From positions 8,494,001 to 8,558,000 of the forward strand of contig NC_059427.1 of the NCBI RefSeq assembly GCF_021028975.2: 64,000 bases of DNA, read 5' to 3'. The stretch is from Sphaerodactylus townsendi (lineage: Eukaryota). The translations under genes and the position numbers were made by a program. The number at the start of each line of letters is the position of its first letter. Position 1 is the stretch's first letter. Of this stretch, positions 54,287 to 64,000 are shown piece after piece. Below the pieces are notes generated by a model, which saw nothing but the letters and a program-made list of their open reading frames with translations, was not told the DNA's origin and searched no databases.

Positions 54287-54733
54287 TGTAGTGATGCACT
54301 GCTGACCCAGCAGCACCATTGGTGAAACGTTCAGGGCAGCCAATGTCCCTCACGGCCTTGCTGGTCGCTGCAGCGCCCCACTCCCTCATCCCCTATGAGT
54401 CACGGGTCATGAACTGTCTGGCTCAGTCACGCGGTATGGGGACAATGGTCTTACCCCAGGTGAGTTAGGCTCAAGGCAGCTACAGCTCCTCTCCATACGC
54501 GTGTGGGTGAGATCATGCATCACATGATGATCGCCAGGTCTCGGTCTCCATCATCTCCCTACCCACCTCCTTTACAGCCACAATGAAACCCTAATAAAGG
54601 TGCGAGAGACCAGCACAGGGTAGAGTTGTCAGGATCACGAAACCAGCGCTTCCTGTTGCTGGCGCTCTCAGCCAGATGAAACCTCCTCCAGCGTCTACGC
54701 CTATTCCTTGGCGACCCTGCGGGGTTGACTACA
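54287..54733 (+). repeat. ERV 5' LTR
   Basis: TGTAGT...ACTACA termini; colinear with 59645-60085; AATAAA at ~54593. Confidence 0.93.
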
Positions 54734-54736
54734 AAC

Positions 54737-54753
54737 TGGTGCGAAACCGGGAA
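54737..54753 (+). other. Primer-binding site, tRNA-Phe
   Basis: tggtgcgaaaccggga versus the tRNA-Phe complement TGGTGCCGAAACCCGGGA (two C-runs each one base short), 3 nt after the LTR. Confidence 0.8.
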
Positions 54754-54926
54754 TCCCTCGAACCTCCACCCTGCTCACATTAAAGCCTGGGGGAAGGGCA
54801 GCGATACGAAGTCCGGCTGGATCGAGCATCCAGGACCACCGTTTGGTGTCGCCTGTCCTCTGGATGGTAGCATCCAGAGATTTCTGGCGATCCCTAGGAC
54901 CTCGTCGGCCGGAACACCGGTGGAGT

Positions 54927-56300
54927 ATGGGAGCTTGCAAAAGCAGGGCTTATGACAAGCCACGTTGGCGAACTGAAGATTAGCGAAATGCGGCAGGGGT
55001 CCCGTAAAGAGAAGGGAGCTGCCAAATTGGTTCCGAGGAGATTGAAGCTCAGTGTCCATGGTACCCAGAGGGGGGGACATTGAATCTTAAGGACTGGGAA
55101 AACATGGTAGCACTCTTAGCACAGAGCCTGCGGCAGCCGATAATGGCTGCTACTATTTGATGGAGACAATGTTTTGTAAGCCATCAGCCTGCGAACCCTA
55201 TGGCTCCCTTGCTGCTTAGGCCGCCCTCCTTCGATCTTTCACCTTCAAATTTCAGCGAATTTTCTCTATCCACTAAATTGGGCCGCCTGTCCTCCTTCTG
55301 CCCTAAGCTCCTTCACCCCATTTCAAACTCTCAGCGGCTCCAGCGCTACTCTACTCCGCCTTCGACCGAAGCCACTGCACCTCGTCAAACATACGCGTAA
55401 TGTGGTTTCAAAACTCATAGGCAGTATTAGCCGATCTGCAGAAGAAAACCCTAATGAGCGATGCCGAATTCTTGCATTGTGCCCGTCCACTTCACAGATA
55501 CCTGAGGGAGGGTGGCGTCATCCGGCCGGGTTGTCGGTACCGCCCCTAAGCTATAACATCCTTACTGAGCTCCATAAAGGCAATGCGGGCGGTAGAGTCA
55601 CTGCTTCACGATGAAGGCATGCTGGAGATACATCGCAAACCACCTAATGGACCAGATGACTGGAAGACCTGCTACGCGCTCCTGAGCCCTCGCCAATTTG
55701 TGGTCTGGGAAAGTGAAGTTCCGCCAATAATGCTTCAACAGAGCAGCCACCTCACCGTGGCCTACACCGCCCGCTCCAAGCTTCGCGGCCCGATGCTGCC
55801 AATCCCAGCGATCAGATTGTCCTGCCTGAGGCCACCCTTACGATTAAGCCTCTAGGTGCGCCTATAAGGCATTTGTCAAAGTCCCCAATGCCGGCCAGCC
55901 AACCCAGAGTTTCTCCTCCATCGGCCAAAAACCCCAGAGCCCTATGCGAATTGTGAACAGGCTCAGGAGGGCCCTCAAGAGGCAGGTTGACGGGGAAGGC
56001 CCAGGGCCGAACTCCTTAAAGCGCCTTGCCAAGGAGAGCGCCTCCGCTGAGTCACCTTAAGCGATCCACAAGGCCTAGAAGGAACCCGAGCTGGCCGACA
56101 TACTCCAAAAGCTTGCAGGATGCTCCGGGTCTTTAAGCCCATCAAGCCCAGTCTTCCCACAATTACGCCCGCCCTCTCCCGCTGCCATGAGGCAGCCCGA
56201 GCCGAAGTGTTTCCAGTGCGGCAAACCGGGACATTTCCGGAGGAATTGTAGGCTGCCGGTGAGAGAGACCTACAACCCTGGCGGAGGAGGTCTCTCCCAG
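54927..56300 (+). pseudogene. gag: Betaretrovirus-like gag (frameshifted)
   Basis: MGACKS myristoylation-type start; MA motif CPWYPEGGTLNLKDWE (55053-55100); CA segment PDDWK..LSPRQFVVWESE; CCHC knuckle CFQCGKPGHFRRNC (56208-56249). Confidence 0.85.
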
Positions 56301-56439
56301 AGTGAAGACCCCCCCAGGAGAGAAGTCTAGGGCGAGCTCCCAGTACCCGCTGGGAGGCCAGCGCCGGGCATCTCCCCAGCCAGGACAAGATCCGCGCCTC
56401 CAAACCCTTCCCGGGCTCCCCATGGGATGCCCGGCTGCT

Positions 56440-56640
56440 CCAGCTCAGTATAGTGATCCCATCCCACGGAGACCATTAGGCTGGTCTTGCCAAAAGCTTC
56501 CCTTGGCGGAGCAAGGGTTGTTCATCCCAGGGTCGCCGACCCCATGCACCAGGGAGCCATCCACATCAAGTATGGACAAACATCCTGCAGAAACTGCCAA
56601 GTTCACGGAACACCCTGCCTCTATGCTCTCACTTGGAGTC
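56440..56640 (+). pseudogene. dUTPase-like remnant of pro
   Basis: Fragmented LVLPKAS..QGL..IPGVADP...G.I.I resembles dUTPase motifs 2-3, at the betaretroviral position after gag. Confidence 0.5.
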
Positions 56641-58949
56641 TAATCTAAATTCAATAATCTAAATCCCTGATTTTCGCTCCCCTCTCGTCTATACTTCCCT
56701 GCTCTGCTAGCCCCTTCTACTTCCAAAGTCACCACATGCCTCCGCCAGTGCCCCAGAATGTGCGCATTTCACAAAATCTCTGCAGAGTCCACAGTCACTG
56801 GTGCAGCAGAAGGAATGCTTTGTGGAAGGGACTGCCCGTTTGAGCCCTCCTCAGAATGCCCCATAGCCAATCTGGGAGTTAATGAGAAGAGGGCATGGAA
56901 AGGAGGAAGATGCTGCGCTGAATGGCCTTAAGCCAAAGTCCTTCGTGAAAGAAGAAGCCCCTTAGCCCTCTCTCAGCTGTAAAGGTTCAAACCAGATCTC
57001 CTTAGCCTCTGAGCCTGTACAAAGCCTAAGCTCCACAAAGCTCCCCCCGAGTGGCAGCAAATCGTCAGCACCTCAGAGGCAAAATCTCAAATCAGGTTGC
57101 AATCCTCCTCGTTACTTTATATATTGCTCTGTATGCCTATGTGTATGTTCTGTATGTCTTGCCCCTTTCAAAGAGACCCTAAGTTTTTTCCCTCATAGGG
57201 GGGATTTTTCCAGTACTTCGCTATGCTCTTGTGTGCTTCAATTAAAGTTTTTCTCCCTTCTGATTATGTGTGCCAATGCGAAAGGCTTACGCCCATTACA
57301 GCTTATCCGCCAGCGGGACACAGCTACGTCACGTGCTCCCCAGGATACCACGATGGGACCTGCTTCAAAGCCCAGCCTCCATCTTAGTTTAAACCTTCAA
57401 AACTTTTCTTCAAACCTCTCCTTGAGACCTTTTTCCTTAACCGTCCATCTGAGCCTACACTGCCACATTGGTAAGCAGGATTTATATAAACCAAATCATT
57501 TCATGCTCCCACATTCTCTGCTGGGGGGCTCCCTGGCTAGTCAGAGTGCCAAGGGGGGTTTCCCATCTGCACCTATCTTACACAGCCTCGCTGTGAAGGT
57601 GGGAAGCTGACTCAAACCGGCCAAAGTCCCCTTACGGAGGAAGGTGAGAGCTGACTTCCAAACCCTTCCCCCCCCCCCTGCCTTCCTTTCTGCACACCCT
57701 CCCTCTTTCTAATGGGCTGGCTTACCTCTAGATACAGGATTTGATAAAGGGTTTTACAAACCCTCTCAATTTGCTCCATGATCAAACCTCCAAGCCCAGG
57801 AACTGTTTTCTTGCATCTTCTCTATGCTCTTTCTATAGAGCCCGTATATTACGATATGACTATAATTGTGAATTGTTCAAAGTTGCTTTGCAAAAAACCC
57901 ACACCTTAGAGCGGTGATTGGGATTGTTTACAAACAAACATCGACCTGGATATGACCTCTCCCTTCTCCCTAAGCCTTGGACGGTTCCTGCCTTGTATCT
58001 CTGCATGAATGTGCAAGTGTCGTTGTCCCGAGGAATGGGCCAGCCTAAGCCTAAGCTTGGCCAAAACAAGCGAAAGAGTGGTTCCCCCATTGACCCAATC
58101 AAGGTCTCATCCAGCAGACCATATCAAAGAATTACTCTTCTCTATTCTCTATCCAAAATTGCCGCCCCACTCAGGGCTCGGGCTTTCCATTGTCATCTAT
58201 AAGGCGGTGTTAACTCAGCCCATGCATAAAACCCTGGGGCATTAAGCTTGTTTTCTCTTCTATACGGAGTCCAGCTGTATGCCAGGCCAGCCCATCCGGA
58301 GATGGGCGGGGCCTCCCTGGAGGATCGACCCGCGCCCTGTTGAGAGAGTGATCACCCCCCTCCAGCCTATGGAGCCCAAGATGGGAGGGACCTCTCTGGA
58401 ACCAGTACCCATTCTTCCCACGGAGATGCCAACCAGGCTGCCATTGGACCCAGCTGGCTCCAAGGTTGGCTGTGTGTATTCCTCCTCATCTACAGCCGCC
58501 ATTTCTCTCTCCCTCTCTGCCCCTGGCTGGAAACTTGGAATTGCAGCCAGGAACATTCCTGATAAGATTAACCCTTGGAACTCTCCAGCTGTTTTCCAGC
58601 CGCTTGAATAGTGGTGGAATGCGCCTTCTCTCACAACCTTGCCGTGAGAATCACTGAACCTGCAATGCTCAAGACTATCAGTAGCTCTCCCTCGCTCTTG
58701 AGAATCCACATGGACTCCTAACGTCCTTAGCTCTACCAGCTTTGGTAGTCAAACAGCAAGAGCCATGCATTGAACAATTATGCAACCACGGGTTGCCTTC
58801 CTTCCATATCATCCAGCCTATGTATCGTTTTAGCCATGTTTGTTGTTTAAATTTATTGCATACCCTAGTTTTGAAGTTATGTTATTTATTGTGCTGCATT
58901 TCATGCACCTGTCTGTCTGCGGGACTCTCTGCTACCCCAGGCTCCACCC

Positions 58950-59636
58950 CAGGGCCCCGGGGCCTTGCCGCCGCCCAGCTCAGCTCTGCCTTGCGATCCT
59001 CCTGTCCAGAAGCAGCCCGGTGCCCTCTCAAAGAGGCAGACCTGTCCCAGCAACTTCCCTTGTGGGAGCCCGGACTTGTTTCCCTGTAACACCAAGACTA
59101 TTGGCGGCTGGCCTGTGCCTATGCGAAGCCCATCAATTCTACCTCCATTGCTCTAGACTCTGGCCTCCAGGCAGCAGGGAACTCTCAAGCGACCACCTAG
59201 ACAATGATTACGCTATTGATTACTTATTGTTATTACATCCCTGAGGTTGTGAGAATGTACATAATATGTGTTGTTTAATCTACAGTAATTTAATTGATTC
59301 ATATGAAAGTCAGTGAGCTGCAAAGAAGTTGTATCTAATCTGAAATTATGATGTTTGCCCCATTGGTGGTCAGCCCTCTGGAGCTGGCTGCGGGGAGGAT
59401 AGTTGAGTGTTATTGTACAGCTCTGCATTGGTTTAATTGTGTGCCTCGTTATGGATCTTGTTTGCGTTCAATGTGTGTCTAATGTGCCTGTAGCGTGTGC
59501 AAGAAGCCTCAATTTCCTGCACCCGCAGCCAAGTTCTAATGTTACAAGCAGCTTGGTCAGCTTGACCAGATGGCCGGAGAACAAAGCGATCCCTTCATCG
59601 CCCTTAGCATTTGATTCCCCTTTTTCTAAAATGTAA
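58950..59636 (+). pseudogene. env: env TM subunit, alpharetrovirus-like
   Basis: APG/LAAAQL fusion-peptide-like segment; LDNDYAIDYLLLLH-x-x-GCENVHNMCC (ISD + CX6CC); WWSALWSWL and a hydrophobic anchor; ends at the PPT. Confidence 0.8.
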
Positions 59637-59644
59637 GGAGGAGA

Positions 59645-60085
59645 TGTAGTGATGCACTGCTGACCCTTATGGCACCATGGTAGAAACGTTGGAGGTGGAC
59701 CTCTGACCTTGCTGGTGCCCACGCGCCCACTCCCTCATCCCATGGTCACGGGTCATGAACTGTCTGGCTCAGTCACGAGCGCAGGGGACAGTGGTCTGCC
59801 CCCCAGGTGAGATTAGGCTCAGGCAGCTTGCAGCTCACTCTCGGCACGTAGCCAGGTGAGATCATGCATCACATGATGATCTCAGATGCTCGGTCTCCCG
59901 CTCATCTCCCTACCCACCTCCTTTACACGCCCACAATGAAACCCTAATAAAAGGTGCGAGAGACCAGCACAGGGTAGAGTTGTCAGGATCCATAGCCAGC
60001 TTCCTGTTGCTGACGCTCTCCGCCAGATGAAACCTCCTCCGCGTCTCGCCTATTCCTTAGCGACGACCCTGCGGGGTTGACTACA
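59645..60085 (+). repeat. ERV 3' LTR
   Basis: Preceded by PPT aaggaggaga; same termini as the 5' LTR. Confidence 0.93.
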
Positions 60086-60259
60086 AATTTTGTTCTGGTT
60101 TTATTTGAAGTTTATCTGTATTTTGTATTTGAGATTTATTGTTTTACTATCTTTTATTGTTACGGTCAGTGACCAAATACAATAAATTATTTACTTACAG
60201 TCTAGTTAGTCCTAAAGTTAGTTGAACTTTAAACAGCTGAAGGTACTCCCAAGAAGAAA

Positions 60260-61080
60260 CTAGCTATGTTTTCACATATGGTTGGATCAGAAGTGTTTAA
60301 TAAACAAGATAACTTTAGAATATCAGGAAGTCCAACACTTTAGATTAAAATGGTTTATATATTTCTTGCAGATCACATCATTAAAAGGACAGTTTAAAAA
60401 ATGGGCATTAGAGTCCCAGCACACCCACCCCACAGGGATATATCGTCTCATCCTGAGAGATGTTATGAAACCTTTCATACAGTAACGCAAAAGGCATAAC
60501 ATTAAATTTAGCTAGCGAGAAAGCTCTGTGTTGGTTAGGATTCTGCAGGTGATAAAGATAATCAGCTACTTCACCATATTTAATTGGAATCCCCAAACCC
60601 AAAGGAGAGCAGGTCTTGAAAGCAGCCTTTAACAGATTTTGGGCATCCAACTCTAAAAGGGTGCATTTGATTCTTTTGAAAGCCTCAGGGGCAGAGAGAA
60701 CACAAAACGTATCAATAGATAGCCCCATGGCATTAATTTTACCATCAATGGATGCTAACCAATTTGAATAGTCAGATTCAGTGAGCATCCAAAAAATTAA
60801 ACTAGAGGAGTCTGTATTATAGTGAATACATAGCTGAAATGTAAATGTCCTCAACCACGCCATGGAAACCTCGTCTTGTGCTGGAAGAAATACTGTAATC
60901 CTTTTTATGCCTTCATTCACCCTAATAAATAGAAACTGCACTGCAAATCACATAGGCTCTGTTCCCAGCTCTGTTAAGATTTCTTTTCACTTTAACTGCC
61001 ATATTTGTGGTTGCCCCAACTTGGTTTTCTGCTGGCAAAGACTGCTTCTGAATATAAGCAGAGTGCCTTGGCAACACTAC
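60260..61080 (-). mobile_element. Non-LTR retrotransposon ORF2 C-terminal fragment (RTE-X-like)
   Basis: ORF 60408-60941: YLYHLQNPNQHRAFSLAKFN...RF...IYPCG, a degenerate C-terminal cysteine motif. Confidence 0.45.
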
Positions 61081-64000
61081 TGAAAACATCCGTGTAATAA
61101 TTTGTTTTTAATTGGGACCAGTAAAAAGTGGGGTGGGGGTGTTTCTGGGCACAGAAAAGCTTGTAGTCTGCCATTTGTAGCCTAGCCGATCTCATGGGGT
61201 TGTCGTACGGAGAAAATGGAAGAGGAGATGATGTTGTAAGTCCCTTTGAGTCCCCCACTGGAGAAGAAAGATGTAAATGTCTTAAAATAAATTGCATGTT
61301 CAATTATGTACATAAAACTGAAACAGATTGTTGACCAGAGCTGCAAAAATACATGAAGTTGCCTTAGACTGAGCTGGACCCCTGGTCTTTCAGGGATAGT
61401 GTTGCTTAGTCAGAAAGACAAAAGGCTCTCCAGGACCCGTGTGGGTTTTTTTTTTTTCAGAACAGAGATTTTGGAGACAACCTGGGACTTCCTATTTCTA
61501 AAACACGTCATCTACAGTCTCTACCCTCCATAACACCTTGCTCTCTTTGAAAATGAAAAATATAAAAGCTGGCACTTCATCAGCTGCTCAGAATATGCAA
61601 ATGCCTTGTAAGAGAGCAGAAGGAAAAACTGTGGCAGATCTTCTATTAATAAGGAAGGGTGGATTTAGCATACACTGGTTGTTTTTGTACGTCTGTAAAA
61701 TTAAGGCGCTTGATATACATTAAAAGAGAGGAGGGGCTGTTTTGATTTTGTGTGTGTGAGTGTGTGTGTTTTGGCAAGGTGGGAAAGGGTTAAATCAACC
61801 GAGCGCGGTTTGCTAGAGAGGCCAAATATGGGTGGAAGGGAAGGCTCTTTCTCTGCCAGGGGTGGAGTTTGGTTCAGCATTTCTAAAAGAGGAGGAGGAA
61901 GCTGTGGAGTGTGGAAGTGCATAAGGTGAGTTCCGGGGGAGGGGTGCATACCCCCCCCCCAAAAAAGGGGGGGTAATTGGCAGGGATACAACACGGGGGG
62001 AGGGGGGACAGAAAAAGAGACTCCCCCTAACTTCCTCTGTCCCCTACTGTTGATCATGGAAATATCTATCTGGTCTCAGGTCTTTCCAAATAGAAGCAAA
62101 GATTCCCTAACTCTCTGCAGCTTTTTTTTTTAGGGCAGATCGGGGCTTTGCAATCCCATGACAACCCCTCCTCAATGGGGGGTTTGCAATCCCATGGGAC
62201 CCCCTTTCCAATCTGAGAGAGGAGTCTCTCCCATAATTCCATTCTTGTCTCTGAAATGTAGAACACCTGGAATTACCAGGAATACAGTTGGCAAAGGTGT
62301 TGGGGTGAGGCTTTGAATTTTCCCTTCCAGTCCCCAAACTGGACGTGGGGGTGACAAAGTTTGCCCATTGCAAACAATCAGGGGTGCCTGAAGGCCCATT
62401 GGAGATACGGGGAACTAGAGTGCCGTGTCCGTTGACCTGTATGGGATCCAGTACAGTACAGAAGAGTAGCAACATAAATGTGGAAGGGGTTTAGAGAAAT
62501 CTGCTCTGGGTTTAGAGTGCCAGTTTAAAGAGTGGAATAACAGGAGTAGCATGATTGCTCTGGGACTGAGATGACAAGCCCCAGGGTGGAATGACGGCCC
62601 CTGGGAGAAGCAAAAGTGTTGTGGGACTGGAATGACAGACCCCCAGAGTGGAATCACAGTCCTTGGGAACGTCATGATTTCACTGAGATTGGAATGACAG
62701 GCCCCCAGAGTGGAATCACAGTCCTTGGGAACGTCATGATTGGTATCTGGGGCTGAAATGACAGCCCCTAGAGTTGTATGTTGGTCCCATAAATGGCTCC
62801 ACTATGGGAGCTGTCATTCCTATCCCACAATACTCATTCAGCTCCCAGGGACTGGCATTCTAAGCCGGAAGGCTGTCATTCCTGGCTCATATTCAGGTGG
62901 GTAGCAGCAGAAAATAGTTTGAGTCCAGTGGCACCTTTAAGACCAGCGAAGTTTTATTCTTAATTTATTCTTCATTCTTAATATGAGCATTCATGTACAC
63001 GCACAAATGCTTCTACCAAGAATAAAACTTTGTTGGTCTTAACAATGTTAAATGGTCTGGGACTGTCATACCTGCAGGATCACCTCTCCCGATATACCCA
63101 CTGGAGAGCATTGCGTTGAACTAATATCAACCTAATGGAGATGCGTGGCCTGAAAATTGTCCAACTGTCCTCAACCAGGGCTAGAACCTTTTCAACTCTG
63201 ACTGAAACTTTTTTTTTATTGCCCAGAGCAGGTTTCTATAAATTCTTTCTGTATTTTCATTGCAGCTCTTCACTAGGTCAGTGTGCCTCAATGGAACCCA
63301 TGCAAGTCAACTGGCATTTCTGGCGCCCATTATCCCCAGAGGTTCTTGGGAAACCTCCTGTTATTCTCAGTGGGCATTTTCTCATTTGTTTCAGTACATC
63401 TCAGTGTTGTGTAGTGGTTAGAGTGTCAAGACCTCAGAGGTTAAGGTTAAAATCCTCTCTTTGACTTTGAGTCAACTACTTTCAGACCAACCTACCTCAA
63501 AAGGTTGTTGTGTGGACACAGTGCAAAATGGGGACTGACCTGTAAATAAATAAATTGACTTCACATTGTGTGAAACTTTTGCAAAAACGGGCTGGCTGTG
63601 GGAAATAAATGACATTTTCTCCCAATCTGATATCTCTGTTGATGGCTATGCATGGTGACCAAAGAGAACCTCCACATCCAGAGGCAATGAGCCTCTGAAT
63701 GCTAATGCTGGGAGACAGCATCAGGGGAAGACCTCAGTCTCTATGCTGTGTTTGACCTTCCAGAGGAACTGGTTGAACATCGTGTTAGGCAAGACACTGG
63801 CCTAGATGGATCATTGCTGTGATCCAGCAGTGGGATCGTCTGATATTCATAAATTCCTCACTCACCTGTGAAGCACACTGCTTGATCTTGGGCCAGACGT
63901 CCTTTCTGATAGCCTACCTTTCCTCACAGAGTTGAGGATGTGAGGATGAAGTGATAGAGGAGATAACTTTAGTTTCTCCTTTTAACAACATCTAGGACAT

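Larger units (their letters stand above)
54287..60085 (+). mobile_element. Class II-like endogenous retrovirus provirus: LTR-gag-dUTPase remnant-(no pol)-env TM-LTR
   Basis: Paired LTRs, TSD AATTT, PBS, PPT, Gag and Env motifs (see sub-features). Confidence 0.92.

Overview
Vertebrate (squamate reptile, most likely gecko, judged from its SINE/CR1 repertoire) genomic DNA carrying a head-to-tail, all + strand cluster of SCAN-domain C2H2 zinc-finger genes. It holds the 3' part of one gene (Z0, 49-~3.9 kb) and four complete gene bodies: A 10549-14171 (fully open, 619 aa), B 19072-27172, C 33051-37949 and D ~43768-52298. Each SCAN exon has a conserved N-terminal extension resembling the N-lobe of a gypsy-type Gag capsid. 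No KRAB-A box was found; only one degenerate KRAB-B-like exon. B, C, D and Z0 have patchy small-indel frameshifts that look largely like consensus-sequence errors. Downstream lies a ~5.8 kb two-LTR endogenous retrovirus (54287-60085): tRNA-Phe PBS, betaretrovirus-like gag plus dUTPase remnant, no recognisable pol, and an alpharetrovirus (ALV/RSV)-like env TM. The rest is dense with CR1, L2, L1 and Penelope fragments, tRNA- and 5S-derived SINEs, two solo LTRs with exact TSDs, and hAT, Tc1/mariner and PIF MITEs, several nested. All family assignments are by eye; no database search was run.
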